Assembly: GCA_963772365.1 (NCBI GenBank)
Contig: CAVYXA010000002.1
Coordinates: 1-64,000, forward strand
DNA from: an uncultured Verrucomicrobiae bacterium
GTDB lineage: Bacteria; Verrucomicrobiota; Verrucomicrobiia; Chthoniobacterales; UBA10450
Reading direction: 5' to 3'
DNA length: 64,000 nt
A program made the translations under genes and the position numbers. The notes below the pieces were generated by a model, which searched no databases, was not told where the DNA came from, and saw only the letters and a program-made list of their open reading frames with translations. This document shows positions 1 to 10,790 of this stretch, one piece after another. Each line of letters starts with the position of its first letter. The first letter of the stretch is position 1.

Positions 1-879
1 ACCGATTCACTTGCGGCGGAATTTCTGCGTTATCTCGCGGTCGAGCGCAACGCTTCACCGCGCACGCTAAAAGCTTATCGAGAGGCGCTGGAGGCATTTC
101 GCGCTTCGAATCAGACGCCATGGAAGAAATGTTCGCCGGATGATTTCCGCGATCATCTTTTTTCTCTCATGAAACGCAACCAGGCGCGCTCGTATGTGCG
201 GTTGCAGTTTTCTGCGCTCCGCACGTTCTATCGTTTTCTGGCGGAACGGAAACGCTTTCGCCGCGATCCGGTCCGTCAATTGCAACTTCCAAAACTCGAG
301 AAGAAGCTACCGCTTGTTCTAACGCGCAATCAGATCGATGAGCTGCTGGCTGCGCCACTGAAGATCGACAAGAGCCGCACCGCGCCAGCCTGGATGCCGT
401 CGCGGGACGTGGCGATCATGGAGCTTTTTTATTCGAGTGGTTTGCGCTTAAGCGAACTAACCGCGCTGAACGTGACAGATGTCGATCCTTACACGGAATC
501 GGTCCGGGTGTTCGGCAAGGGGCGCAAGGAGCGCGAGTGCCCGATTGGATTCCCGGCACTGGAAGCGATTTCGAAATATCGATCGGCGGCAAACGTGCAT
601 ATCGGACCGCTGTTCATCAATAAATCGCGGACACGAATTTCGCCGCGTTCAGTCTGGCTTGTTCTGAAACGGTATTTGCGACATACGTCGATCCCGATCT
701 CGATCAGCCCGCACAAACTCCGGCACAGTTTTGCGACTCACCTGCTCGATCGCGGCGCGGATTTGCGCAGCGTGCAAGCTTTGTTAGGCCACGCCAGTCT
801 CTCCACGACCCAGATTTACACGCACGTCACGGTCGAGCGCTTGAAGAAAGCTTACGCTGACGCGCATCCGCGCGCTTGA
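1..879 (+). CDS. xerC: Tyrosine recombinase XerC-like (5' end outside window)
   Basis: Frame open from base 1 (TDSLAAEFLRYLAVERNASPRT); catalytic motifs GLRLSEL, GKGRKER, HKLRHSFATH, LLGHASLSTTQIY. Confidence 0.88.
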   Translation, partial: TDSLAAEFLRYLAVERNASPRTLKAYREALEAFRASNQTPWKKCSPDDFRDHLFSLMKRNQARSYVRLQFSALRTFYRFLAERKRFRRDPVRQLQLPKLEKKLPLVLTRNQIDELLAAPLKIDKSRTAPAWMPSRDVAIMELFYSSGLRLSELTALNVTDVDPYTESVRVFGKGRKERECPIGFPALEAISKYRSAANVHIGPLFINKSRTRISPRSVWLVLKRYLRHTSIPISISPHKLRHSFATHLLDRGADLRSVQALLGHASLSTTQIYTHVTVERLKKAYADAHPRA

Positions 880-926
880 CGGCCAGGAACATAGGCGTGT
901 AGCTGTTGCTCAGCGGCTGCCGAATG

Positions 927-3530
927 CTAAGGCAGGCCGGTGCCGAGGTACGATTTTACGAGTGATAGATCTGCGGCGTTGATTGCGCCGTTGGCGTTGA
1001 TGTCCGACCGGAAATTTGTCGCATCAACCGATTGTCCAATGTGTGCTTTGATAAACGCTACGTCGCTGGCGTTCACACTGCCATTTCCGTTTGCATCCCC
1101 GCCGAGCACGCCCATCGGGATGACCAGATTTCCACCGCCATTAACTTGAAAAAGCGTCACGTTAATTGTCTGCGCATTGGTGACATTGGTAAGGGGGATG
1201 GTGACAGTGTTGCCACTGACGCTGACGCTTCCGCTACAAGTTCCTCCGGTGCCAACACACCCGGCGCCTAACGTTACCGCGGCTTGTGGAGTGCCGTTGA
1301 TAGTCACAGGGTTGGGGAAAGTAACAATGATTGTGTAATCGTTGGTGGTCCGACCAGTCGTGCGGCACTCGATTCCCGGGCTGCCTGTCAGCGGCAGATT
1401 CAGGTCGAAATTGCCCGCGCTTCCGTGCATCATTCGCGAGACGATGCTTGTCGGCGTAAGGGAACAGTCGCGCAACAAGATCGATAATTGCCCGGTATTT
1501 GGGAAGTAATTGACCACGGCGAGGTCTTGTCTGCCATTTCCATTGAAATCCCCTACCGCTACTGAGTAAGGAGAACTGGCAAGCGGGAAGTTCGTGGGGG
1601 CACGGAAATGTCCCGTACCATCGCCCAACAAGATCGACACGTTGTTTGAACTGTTGTTGGCGACGGCGAGGTCTTGGTTGTCATCACCACTAAAATCGCC
1701 GATCGCTACTGAAATGGGAGCTGTGCCAGCAGAGAAGTCGGAGGAGACGCTGAAACTGCCCGCACCATCGCCGAGCAAAATCGAAACGTTGTTCGAGCTT
1801 TGGTTAGCCACAGCGAGGTCTTGGTTGCCATCACCATTAAAATCGCCGATCGCTACTGAAATGGGAGCTGTGCCAGCAGAGAAGTCGGAGGAGACGCTGA
1901 AACTGCCCGCACCATCGCCGAGCAAAATCGAAACGTTGTTCGAGCTTTGGTTAGCCACAGCGAGGTCTTGATTGCCATCACCATTAAAATCGCCGATCGC
2001 TACTGAAATGGGAGCTGTGCCAGCAGGGAAGTTGGAGGGGACGCTGAAATTGCCCGCGCCATCGCCCAGCAAAATCGATACTCCTGCGTCGTCGGCCAAG
2101 GCCAGATCCTGCTTGCCATCGCCATTGAAATCCCCCACCGCTACTGATTGAGCGGCATGGTTGATGAAGAAGTGTGTGGGGGCGCTGAAATGTCCGGTAC
2201 CATCGCCTAAAAAGACGGACACGCCGCGGCCTGTGTCGCCGATGGCCACCGCAAGATCTTGATTGCCATCGCCATTGAAATCGCCCACCGCTACTGAAAG
2301 GGCAGGCGTGCTATTGACGGGGAGGAATTGGTAACCGCCGAAACCGCCCGCGCCGTCGCCGAAATAGAGGAAAACAAAGTTGCTGACGAAGCGACTATCA
2401 GCAATTGCGAGGTCTTGGTTGCCATCGCCATTGAAATCGCCGATCGCTACTGAGTTAGGACGGGCGCCAGCAAAAAAGGTTGCGGCGGGCGTGAAGCTAA
2501 CTGGAGCACACGCCGCCGGAGTCGTTACTGTTAGCGTGAATATCTTTGTCGCGGTGAGGGCGCCGTTGAAAGCTTTGACTGTCACTGTGTAATTCCCAGC
2601 CGGATGCGCATCTGTGACACGCACTATGCCCGTCGCCGGATCGCCTTCTAGTGTCCCTTTGAAGTTGGTTGAGCTCGAGACATTGATCTGCGCCGTGTTG
2701 GCGGGCGTGGCATCAGGCGTTACAGTCGTGTCGGTGCTGAGCGGAAGTGATGCGTCCGGATAATTGCCCAGCGCCGGTGTTGGCGTTGGTGTTGGCGTCG
2801 GAGTTGGCGTCGGCGTCGGCGTTGGTGATGGACACGCGTAGGACATCGTGTCGATGCCGATGTAGTCCGATCTCGTGCCCGAAGGACCGCCATCCTCGAC
2901 AAAGTAGCGGAAGGCAAGCCGACCAGTGGTCGGCGAGGGAAGGCCGCTAATGTTGACCGTGTACTGCGTCCAAACATGAGGATAGTCGTCCGCATACGTC
3001 GGATTGATGTCGAGCAGAAGCGTCGTGAAATCGCCAACGCTAGTGGCAGTTGTGCCAACGTTAGTGCTGTTGCCGTTGGTGCTCATGCGCACCTGCAAGC
3101 GGTCGGCGAAAAGCTGCGCGCCAGGAGTAACGGTGCGTGTCCAGAAGGTCAGTACCCCACCGTCCTGCAATTGTAGAGGTGGGGTCAAAAGCCAGTTGCT
3201 GATGGTTGCATCACCTGAGCCGTTGTTGAAGTCGGCCGCAATATAAGAGTTGGGAGCGCCCGATTGAGACGTGAACATGGAAGTATTGCCTTGGAACCAT
3301 CCAGTCCCGCCAAGTGGCATACTGTTGTTCTGCATGAACCAACCCATGCCGACCAAGTTGCCGATGTTATCGAAACCTTCGGTCAGTGTGCAAACCGGCG
3401 TTGGGTCAACCACGTCCCGCTGAAGTCCCAGCCGACTTTGTTTACGCACTTTCTCGATGTTCTTTAACCCGGCTAGGATCGGCAATATCGATATCGCCAA
3501 AACCGCGATCGGCGTAACAAGCTTCTTCAT
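927..3530 (-). CDS. Secreted multidomain protein: choice-of-anchor J/cleaved-adhesin-like domain, PT linker, FG-GAP repeats, C-terminal dockerin-like repeat
   Basis: Signal peptide; ISNWLLTPPL/ADRLQVRMSTNG; (PT)n linker; about 7 GDFNGDGxQDLA repeats; GDANGNGSVNASD...DINANGAINAAD. Confidence 0.85.
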   Translation of the reverse strand: MKKLVTPIAVLAISILPILAGLKNIEKVRKQSRLGLQRDVVDPTPVCTLTEGFDNIGNLVGMGWFMQNNSMPLGGTGWFQGNTSMFTSQSGAPNSYIAADFNNGSGDATISNWLLTPPLQLQDGGVLTFWTRTVTPGAQLFADRLQVRMSTNGNSTNVGTTATSVGDFTTLLLDINPTYADDYPHVWTQYTVNISGLPSPTTGRLAFRYFVEDGGPSGTRSDYIGIDTMSYACPSPTPTPTPTPTPTPTPTPALGNYPDASLPLSTDTTVTPDATPANTAQINVSSSTNFKGTLEGDPATGIVRVTDAHPAGNYTVTVKAFNGALTATKIFTLTVTTPAACAPVSFTPAATFFAGARPNSVAIGDFNGDGNQDLAIADSRFVSNFVFLYFGDGAGGFGGYQFLPVNSTPALSVAVGDFNGDGNQDLAVAIGDTGRGVSVFLGDGTGHFSAPTHFFINHAAQSVAVGDFNGDGKQDLALADDAGVSILLGDGAGNFSVPSNFPAGTAPISVAIGDFNGDGNQDLAVANQSSNNVSILLGDGAGSFSVSSDFSAGTAPISVAIGDFNGDGNQDLAVANQSSNNVSILLGDGAGSFSVSSDFSAGTAPISVAIGDFSGDDNQDLAVANNSSNNVSILLGDGTGHFRAPTNFPLASSPYSVAVGDFNGNGRQDLAVVNYFPNTGQLSILLRDCSLTPTSIVSRMMHGSAGNFDLNLPLTGSPGIECRTTGRTTNDYTIIVTFPNPVTINGTPQAAVTLGAGCVGTGGTCSGSVSVSGNTVTIPLTNVTNAQTINVTLFQVNGGGNLVIPMGVLGGDANGNGSVNASDVAFIKAHIGQSVDATNFRSDINANGAINAADLSLVKSYLGTGLP
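1691..2026. repeat. Near-perfect 147-bp tandem repeat (about 2.3 copies) inside the FG-GAP region
   Basis: TAAAATCGCCGATCGCTACTGAAATGGGAGC starts at 1691, 1838 and 1985. Confidence 0.9.
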
Positions 3531-3693
3531 CAGTGAATCCTCTTGTGCTTACGCACATGCCTTCGCTCAGTCGATATCAACACGCGTTCCGTTCGTCGAA
3601 ACAAATTTCCGCGTGGATGTCGGGTTAATTTGGAGCACCCTGACGCAATCCGCATCCCTTCGGACGTGACAAGCGACGCAGACGGCGTCCAAC

Positions 3694-6159
3694 TCAGCTG
3701 GCCGGCGCTGCGGCCGGCGCGCTGGTTTCGGCTGACCGGAAGACGAGTTTTCCCTCTTCGGCCAGGACATGGACCGTATCGCCGGCTTTCACATTGCCGC
3801 GCAGCAGTTCTTCCGCCAGCGGATCTTCGAGGAAGCGTTCCACCGCGCGCCGCATCGGCCGGGCACCGTATTGCGGATCGTAGCCTTTCTCGATGAGAAA
3901 TTCTTTCGCGCTCTCCGCCAGTTCGATGTGAACTTCTTTCGCCTTGATGCGCGCCAGGACTTTCTGCGTCTCAAGATCGACAATCCGCAGCAACTCCGTT
4001 TTGCCCAGTGAATGAAATACAATGATCTCGTCGAGTCGATTGAGAAACTCGGGTTTAAATACGCGCTTTGTTTCTTCGAGGATTTTGTCGCGCATCGAAT
4101 CGTAATCGTGCGTGTCCCGGGGCGCGCCGAAACCCATGATAGTTTGCTTCTTCAGCAGCTCGGCGCCGACATTCGACGTCATGATGATAATTGTATTTCG
4201 AAAATCGATCTTGCGGCCGAGCGAGTCTGTGATCTTGCCTTCCTCCAAAATTTGCAGGAGCAAATGCATCACGTCCGGATGCGCTTTCTCGATTTCGTCG
4301 AACAGGACAACCGAGTAAGGGCGCCGGCGGACTGCTTCCGAAAGCTGGCCACCTTCCTCGTAACCGACATAGCCCGGCGGCGAACCGATCAATCGTGAGG
4401 CCGTGAATTTTTCCATGTACTCGGACATGTCGATCTGAATCAGTGCATCGGCGTCACCGAACATGAATTCGGCCAGCGTGCGGGCGAGAAAGGTTTTACC
4501 GACGCCGGTTGGGCCGAGGAATACGAAAGAACCAATCGGCCGTTTCGGATCTTTGAGATCGGCGCGCGAACGCCGCAATGCTTTGCTGATGGCAATTACA
4601 GCTTCGTCCTGGCCGATCACGCGTTCTTTGATGTCTGCTTCCATCCGGAGCAATTTTAGCGTTTCTTCCTGCTCCATCCGTTGAAGCGGGACGCCGGTCA
4701 CCTTCGAGATGATGTGCATCATGTCGTCCGCGGTGACGACGACTTCCTTTTCTTCGCGTTCTTCGCGCCACTTATTCAGTATGGAATCCAAACGCTCTTT
4801 GGTTTGTTTTTCCTTGTCCCGGAGCGAAGCCGCCTTCTCAAAATCCTGCGCCTTGATTGCACCTTCTTTGTCGACCCGGATCTCTTCAATTTCTTTCTCG
4901 ATCTCCTTCACATCCGGTGGCCTGGTCATTGCGTTGATGCGAGCTCGGGCGCCGGCTTCATCCATAACGTCGATAGCTTTATCGGGAAGGAAACGCCCGG
5001 TGATGTAGCGATCGGAAAATCTGACGGCAGTTTCGAGCGCTTCGTCTGTAAGCTTGGCTTTATGGTGCGCCTCGTATTTCGGACGGAGTCCCTTCAAGAT
5101 CTGGATCGCTTCATCGACAGTCGGGGCATCGACTTTCACGGTCTGGAAACGTCGCTCCAGGGCCGCGTCTTTCTCGATGTACTTGCGATATTCGTTCATT
5201 GTCGTCGCGCCGACGCACTGCAATTCACCCCGGCTCAACGCGGGCTTGATGATGTTCGATGCGTCCATTGCGCCTTCGGCCGAGCCTGCGCCGACAATGG
5301 TATGCAACTCGTCGATAAACAGGATCACGTTTTTCGAGCGGCGAATTTCATCCATCACGGCTTTGATGCGTTCTTCAAACTGCCCGCGGTATTTGGTTCC
5401 AGCGACCATGAGCGCCAGATCGAGTGTGATGACGCGCTTATCCCGCAATAACTCCGGCACATTGCCGCTCGCGATTTCCTGGGCGAGCCCTTCGGCAATT
5501 GCCGTTTTTCCCACGCCGGCTTCGCCAATCGGTACGGGATTATTCTTCGTTCGACGGCAGAGGACTTGAATCACGCGCTCGATTTCATTGCGACGGCCAA
5601 TCACCGGATCGAGCTCATTTTTCTTGGCCAGATCGGTCAAATCGCGACCAAACGCCCGAAGCGCGGGAGTCTTAACGTCTTTCTTCGTTGGCGCTTCACC
5701 CTCCTCGGATTCGCTGGGCATGAAATTCGGGTCGAGCTCTTTCTGAATTTCGTCACGGGTCCGGTTGATATCGACTTCGAGACTCTTGAGCACCCGGGCC
5801 GCGACGCCTTCGCCCTCCCGCAACAATCCCAGCAAGATGTGCTCAGTGCCGACGTAGGAATGGTTGAGCGCTTTTGCCTCTTTGCCGGCGAGCGCCAGCA
5901 CTTTCTTGACCCGCGGCGTGTAAGGGATATTCCCGACCATCTTGGTTTCCGGCCCGGAACCGACCTGCTTCTCGACTTCCATCCGGACAGTCTCAAGATC
6001 GAGACCCACCTTTTGCAGGACATTCACAGCCACACCCTGGCCGAGCTTGATCAGACCGAGCAGGAGATGCTCCGTCCCGACGTAGTTATGATTGAAACGA
6101 TCGGCCTCTTTGCGAGCAAGGGCCAAAACCTGTTGTGCGCGTGGTGTGAAATTGTTCAT
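3694..6159 (-). CDS. clpC: ATP-dependent Clp protease ATP-binding subunit ClpC
   Basis: Clp N repeats, two AAA modules ([16 protein letters not shown]), UVR coiled coil; downstream of mcsAB. Confidence 0.95.
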   Translation of the reverse strand: MNNFTPRAQQVLALARKEADRFNHNYVGTEHLLLGLIKLGQGVAVNVLQKVGLDLETVRMEVEKQVGSGPETKMVGNIPYTPRVKKVLALAGKEAKALNHSYVGTEHILLGLLREGEGVAARVLKSLEVDINRTRDEIQKELDPNFMPSESEEGEAPTKKDVKTPALRAFGRDLTDLAKKNELDPVIGRRNEIERVIQVLCRRTKNNPVPIGEAGVGKTAIAEGLAQEIASGNVPELLRDKRVITLDLALMVAGTKYRGQFEERIKAVMDEIRRSKNVILFIDELHTIVGAGSAEGAMDASNIIKPALSRGELQCVGATTMNEYRKYIEKDAALERRFQTVKVDAPTVDEAIQILKGLRPKYEAHHKAKLTDEALETAVRFSDRYITGRFLPDKAIDVMDEAGARARINAMTRPPDVKEIEKEIEEIRVDKEGAIKAQDFEKAASLRDKEKQTKERLDSILNKWREEREEKEVVVTADDMMHIISKVTGVPLQRMEQEETLKLLRMEADIKERVIGQDEAVIAISKALRRSRADLKDPKRPIGSFVFLGPTGVGKTFLARTLAEFMFGDADALIQIDMSEYMEKFTASRLIGSPPGYVGYEEGGQLSEAVRRRPYSVVLFDEIEKAHPDVMHLLLQILEEGKITDSLGRKIDFRNTIIIMTSNVGAELLKKQTIMGFGAPRDTHDYDSMRDKILEETKRVFKPEFLNRLDEIIVFHSLGKTELLRIVDLETQKVLARIKAKEVHIELAESAKEFLIEKGYDPQYGARPMRRAVERFLEDPLAEELLRGNVKAGDTVHVLAEEGKLVFRSAETSAPAAAPAS

Positions 6160-6266
6160 GGGCGTCCCGCCTTAAAATTATCAGGTTTCGCGCCAACTTT
6201 CAAACGGGCGCCAAGAAATTTGGATTCGTAACGAAATTTTTCCCGGTGGTCGGAATTCTAGACAGC

Positions 6267-7382
6267 CTAATTGCGTCCCTCGACAGCCCCATTCCCCGAT
6301 TCTCTCGCCATTTTGCTGATGTCAGGTTTCGGGAAAGCTTTGAGACGTTCGCGGATGATTTCGGCGCGCAAGTGATCGCGCTCTTCTGCATTCAATTTTT
6401 GATCCGAGCTTTTCTGTAAATGCGCCGGTTGCGTGTCGATGAACAATTGATCGATCGGCATTCGCTTGTCCTCCGGGAATGCACCGAGATCGACCCCCAG
6501 TTTGATGATCGACAATAAATTGAGAGCCTCCTTTGAGCTCATGGCATGGGCATAAGTCAAAACGCCGTAGGCACGGCCGATCTGGTCCCAGAGCGTGTTC
6601 GATTTCTTTTGAATCAGAACCTGCCGAGCGTCGTGTTCCTTGTCGATGATAGTCTCGATTACTTTAGTGAGTCGATTGATGATCTCGTCTTCTTTCTCGC
6701 CCAATGTGGTTTGGTTAGAGATTTGAAAAAGATTTCCCATCGCTTCGGTGCCTTCGCCGTAAAGACCGCGCACGGCCAATCCGATCTTGCTCACGGCCTG
6801 GACGACTTGATTGATCCTTTCGCTCAACACCAGGCCGGGGAGGTGCAGCATCGCCGAAGCACGCATGCCGGTGCCGACATTTGTCGGGCAGGCGGTCAGA
6901 TAGCCAAGGCGTTTGTCATAGGCGAATTCGAGCTTTTCTTCGAGTGCGCTGTCGATCTTATCCACCAGCTTGAACGCCTGTTTTAGCTGCAACCCCGAGC
7001 GAATCGATTGCATTCGCAAATGATCTTCCTCATTCAACATGAGGCTGAGCGTTTGCCGCCGGTTCATGACTACGGCGCTACCGGCCCCTTTCGCAGCATG
7101 TTCGCGGCTGATCAAATGACGCTCTACTAACACCTGTTTATCCACCGCCGACAGGTCCTGGAGCGATTCGGAAAATGATTCCTGCATCTCGGAGAGCCCT
7201 TCCACCGCCGGTTTAATCAGCTCCAGAATCGACATCCGATCCGCCTTTTTCGCCCAACCCGGAAACGGTCGATCCCGGAGATTACGGGCCAGGCGGACGC
7301 GACTACTAATCACGATCTGATGATGCGGTCCTTCGCCGCGCAACCATTCCCCGGCGGTGGACATGACAGTCGAAAGTTTCAT
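6267..7382 (-). CDS. mcsB: Protein-arginine kinase McsB
   Basis: SSRVRLARN, NEEDHLR, GYLTACPTNVGTGMRAS, FQISNQTTLG. Confidence 0.93.
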   Translation of the reverse strand: MKLSTVMSTAGEWLRGEGPHHQIVISSRVRLARNLRDRPFPGWAKKADRMSILELIKPAVEGLSEMQESFSESLQDLSAVDKQVLVERHLISREHAAKGAGSAVVMNRRQTLSLMLNEEDHLRMQSIRSGLQLKQAFKLVDKIDSALEEKLEFAYDKRLGYLTACPTNVGTGMRASAMLHLPGLVLSERINQVVQAVSKIGLAVRGLYGEGTEAMGNLFQISNQTTLGEKEDEIINRLTKVIETIIDKEHDARQVLIQKKSNTLWDQIGRAYGVLTYAHAMSSKEALNLLSIIKLGVDLGAFPEDKRMPIDQLFIDTQPAHLQKSSDQKLNAEERDHLRAEIIRERLKAFPKPDISKMARESGNGAVEGRN

Positions 7383-7385
7383 CGT

Positions 7386-7877
7386 CTAATTTGAAAGCTC
7401 GCTTTCCAATTGCTTGATCTGGTCGCGCAAGGAAGCGGCTGTTTCGTAATTTTCTTCCGCAACCGCTTTCTCCAAGTTCTCGGTTAATGTACGCATGCGA
7501 TCGCTCAATTGAATTTCGCGATGCGCCCGATGGGGAAGTTTGCCGACGTGTCTCGTCCCCTTGTGCATCGCTTTGAGGAGCGTATTCAATGCTTCCCCAA
7601 ACGTGACGTAACACGCGCTGCAGCCGAGTCGCCCCGTCTTCTTGAAATCAGCCTGAGTATAACCGCACACCGTGCATTTTTGCGTTGGCGAGCCTTTCTC
7701 GATTTCTTCAGCGGCGCCGATTCCTAAAAGCAGATCGGCCAACGCGAACCCGGTCGGATCCTGCACGCCTTTTTCTTTCGAGCAAGCATCGCACAGATTC
7801 ACTTTCTGCATCTTCCCTTCCAGAATCTGAGTCAGGAAGACCGTAGCATCATTACATTTGCAGACGTCGCACAACAT
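7386..7877 (-). CDS. mcsA: McsA (CxxC zinc motifs plus UvrB/C domain)
   Basis: Four CxxC motifs, GRLGCSACY, ENYETAASLRDQIK. Confidence 0.9.
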   Translation of the reverse strand: MLCDVCKCNDATVFLTQILEGKMQKVNLCDACSKEKGVQDPTGFALADLLLGIGAAEEIEKGSPTQKCTVCGYTQADFKKTGRLGCSACYVTFGEALNTLLKAMHKGTRHVGKLPHRAHREIQLSDRMRTLTENLEKAVAEENYETAASLRDQIKQLESELSN

Positions 7878-7962
7878 CTCTGAGAGTTTAGACTGCTAGT
7901 ATCCTACTACATTCAATAGGAAAATTCAGCACCTTCTACGCCCCTGCCAACTGCGGCCAATT

Positions 7963-8919
7963 TCAAGAATAGATCGGCGTCCCGCTTTCGCACGCCATTT
8001 CGCGAAATCGCGCAATGATGCGCGCGCTGATCGGTCCAGGCTTTCCACTGCCGATCAAGCGGCCATCAACTTTCACGACGGGAATGACTTCGGCAGCCGT
8101 TCCCGTGAGAAAACACTCATCGGCCACGAATACATCGTGTCGCGTGATGTTTGCCTCGGTTGCTTTGATACCCATCTCAGCAGCGATTTCCATCACGACA
8201 GAACGCGTGATCCCGCCCAATGCCCCCGCCGAAATCGGCGGCGTAAACATTCGACCACGTTTGATGATGAAGAGATTATCGGCCGTGCATTCGGCGATGT
8301 AGCCGGCATCATTCAACATCAAACCTTCATCGGCGTTCGCGAGATTGGCCTCGATCCGTGCCATCACGTTGTTCAGATAGTTGAGCGACTTGACCGCGGG
8401 ATTGAGTGAGCCCGGACTCGTGCGCCGCGTGGCACATGTCGCCACGGTCAATCCTTTCTCGTAAACCTCTTTGGGATAAAGCGTGATGCTGGAAGCGATA
8501 ATGATCACGCTCGGGCGTTTACATTGTGTCGGATTCAAGCCGAGATTGCCGACACCTCGCGTAACGAGCAGCCGAATGTAACCATCGTGCAGATCGTTTT
8601 GCCGGATCGTTTCCAGCAGCGCCTCCGTCATTTCTTGCGTCGAAATCGGGATTTGCAGCGCAATCGAGCGAGCGGAATCCCAAAGCCGGGCAATGTGTTC
8701 TTCCAGCCGGAACACGCGCCCATTATAGAACCGGATGCCCTCAAAAATTCCGTCGCCATAAAGCAGTCCATGATCGAAAACGGAAACTTTCGCATCGCCT
8801 TCGGCGAAAAATTTTCCATCGATATAGATTTTCAATTCTGCTCGTTTTGAAGACTTCGTCCCTGTTTTCCCTGCGACCGGTTCCTCTAACACCATGGTAT
8901 CTGCGTCACTGGTTTTCAT
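7963..8919 (-). CDS. ilvE: Branched-chain amino acid aminotransferase
   Basis: FDHGLLYGDGIFEGIR, KSLNYLN, GTAAEVIPV; start uncertain. Confidence 0.9.
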   Translation of the reverse strand: MKTSDADTMVLEEPVAGKTGTKSSKRAELKIYIDGKFFAEGDAKVSVFDHGLLYGDGIFEGIRFYNGRVFRLEEHIARLWDSARSIALQIPISTQEMTEALLETIRQNDLHDGYIRLLVTRGVGNLGLNPTQCKRPSVIIIASSITLYPKEVYEKGLTVATCATRRTSPGSLNPAVKSLNYLNNVMARIEANLANADEGLMLNDAGYIAECTADNLFIIKRGRMFTPPISAGALGGITRSVVMEIAAEMGIKATEANITRHDVFVADECFLTGTAAEVIPVVKVDGRLIGSGKPGPISARIIARFREMACESGTPIYS

Positions 8920-8994
8920 AGGCTTGAAAAAATGTCCGGTCAATTGCGCGGCAATTCAAGAAGAACATTGTTGAAGCGCCTGGAACTAAAGACT

Positions 8995-9681
8995 TCACCC
9001 GTTTGATGCATTGTCGATAATACCATCGACAATGTGCAGGGTCCGATGCCCGCGCGCCGCCAATTGAACATCGTGAGTCACAACCAGCAGGGTCTTGCCG
9101 CGCTCCCGCGCCAGATTCAACAGAAGATCGACAATCGCGTCGCCAGTATTGGAATCAAGATTTCCTGTTGGCTCATCCGCAAAAATAATCTCGGGATCGT
9201 TCACTAACGCCCGGGCAATGGCCACGCGCTGCTGTTCTCCACCCGAAAGTTCCGCCGGCAAATGTTGCAATCGATCGCCGAGCCCAACGGCGTCCAGACT
9301 GTTGCGCGCTTTATCGATCGTCGATCTTCCGCCGATCATTCCCGGCAACGCCACATTCTCCAAAGCCGTCAGCTCCGGCAACAGAAAGTAACCTTGAAAC
9401 ACAAAACCCATTTTTTCGTTGCGTAACTTTGCCTGCGATACTTGGCTGCCACCGTAAAGCCTGCGGCCGTCAAACTCGACGGTTCCCGATTCCGGGCGCT
9501 CGAGACCTGCTAAAGTGTAAAGCAGAGTGGTCTTGCCGGCGCCGGATGCTCCGCAAACGAACACGACCTCTCCCTGCGCGATTTCCATCGAGATCCCGCG
9601 TAAAACATCGAGCCGGCGCGCACCGATCCGGAAAGATTGACGGAGATCGCGTGCGACAAGTTGCGGCCGGCTGTTCTGCAT
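8995..9681 (-). CDS. ABC transporter ATP-binding protein (LolD-like)
   Basis: GASGAGKT, LSGGEQQRVAIARAL, DEPTGNLD. Confidence 0.9.
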   Translation of the reverse strand: MQNSRPQLVARDLRQSFRIGARRLDVLRGISMEIAQGEVVFVCGASGAGKTTLLYTLAGLERPESGTVEFDGRRLYGGSQVSQAKLRNEKMGFVFQGYFLLPELTALENVALPGMIGGRSTIDKARNSLDAVGLGDRLQHLPAELSGGEQQRVAIARALVNDPEIIFADEPTGNLDSNTGDAIVDLLLNLARERGKTLLVVTHDVQLAARGHRTLHIVDGIIDNASNG

Positions 9682-9789
9682 TAGCCCTTATCTGTCGCAA
9701 ATCTCCGTGGCGCACAAGGAAAGATCCATCGGCCATCGCGTGCACACGCCTGGCAACAATTCACGCAGCTTGAAACCGATTCTTACTCA

Positions 9790-9826
9790 AAAAAGCCGCC
9801 GCGAAAAAAATCGCGGCGGCTTTTCA
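9790..9826. terminator. Intrinsic terminator, probably bidirectional
   Basis: AAAAAAGCCGCCGCGA-loop-TCGCGGCGGCTTTT just past the stop at 9843. Confidence 0.75.
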
Positions 9827-9842
9827 AATGAAGCCGGAATTC

Positions 9843-10634
9843 TTACATCATTCGCAGCGACGACAGAGTTGGTTCATCGATTGCCGAAGTCGTGTAGAGG
9901 CCGTGGTCTTGCTGATAGCGTGCGAGCGCGGCGCGGGTGAGGGGACCGAGAAGGCCATCCACTTCGCCTGTATAATATCCCTGTTCCTGAAGTGCGGATT
10001 GCACGTTGGCTACGACCTGATCGGGCGGCAGATCATTATAGCCATAGATCGGGCCGTCGTAGGCGTAGTAAGCGTTGGAATCGTAGCCCCAGGCTGGATA
10101 CCACCAACCTGCATTCCAATAATACCACCCGCCAAATACGAACACGATGCGGTTATGATGATTTCTCCACCAATTCCGGTCGTGCCATTCCGACCGATAG
10201 TTTCGGAACGCTAAATAATGGCGTCCCTGCCAGTTTTGGCTCCCTCGGATATGATGACCTGTGCTGAACCGGACGCTGGCAATTGCCGGGTTTCGGTTCC
10301 TTGCCAGGTTGAATTTCCTGCTCTGGAATCTCGCCACATTTCGCCCGGATGCAGCAGCGCTGATCCTCGAGTGCTGAAAGTGCCGTTGCGTTTGGACCGC
10401 CGACACATTGCTGTGTGAACGAAGCGTAACGGTTGGCTTTGTTGTGTACCATCCCTTGGCTTTGGTTCCTTGCTGGGTTTGCAAGTGTCTCGAGTTGACG
10501 CCACGAACGGCGTGGGATTTAGCAGATTGTTGTGACTGTTGTTGCTGCTGTTGCTTATGCTGATGTTTTTTCTTGTCGGCATAACCGGTGCTCGCGATCG
10601 CGAGACAGCAGATCAAAATTAAAAGTGATCTCAT
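9843..10634 (-). CDS. Secreted protein with C-terminal peptidoglycan-binding domain
   Basis: Signal peptide, basic low-complexity region, W/Y-rich segment, VQSALQEQGYYTGEVDGLLGPLTRAALARYQ. Confidence 0.85.
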   Translation of the reverse strand: MRSLLILICCLAIASTGYADKKKHQHKQQQQQQSQQSAKSHAVRGVNSRHLQTQQGTKAKGWYTTKPTVTLRSHSNVSAVQTQRHFQHSRISAAASGRNVARFQSRKFNLARNRNPAIASVRFSTGHHIRGSQNWQGRHYLAFRNYRSEWHDRNWWRNHHNRIVFVFGGWYYWNAGWWYPAWGYDSNAYYAYDGPIYGYNDLPPDQVVANVQSALQEQGYYTGEVDGLLGPLTRAALARYQQDHGLYTTSAIDEPTLSSLRMM

Positions 10635-10790
10635 AAACTTGGTTCCTTTCTTGGCCTGTTAGACAGCATATAATTTTTGTTTATTCAACTCTGATCTGCT
10701 GGATTCGGTTACAGCCGATATGTGAAAGTTGCCAAAAAGAAGAGCCGCATGGCTATGCCTCGTGCGGCTCCGGAAACAAAGATGTCGATG

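Noticed and set aside
1..879. xerC as the integrase for the arrays or the groEL island
   Set aside because: Looks like a housekeeping Xer recombinase, lacks the IntI-specific insertion and is far from those loci
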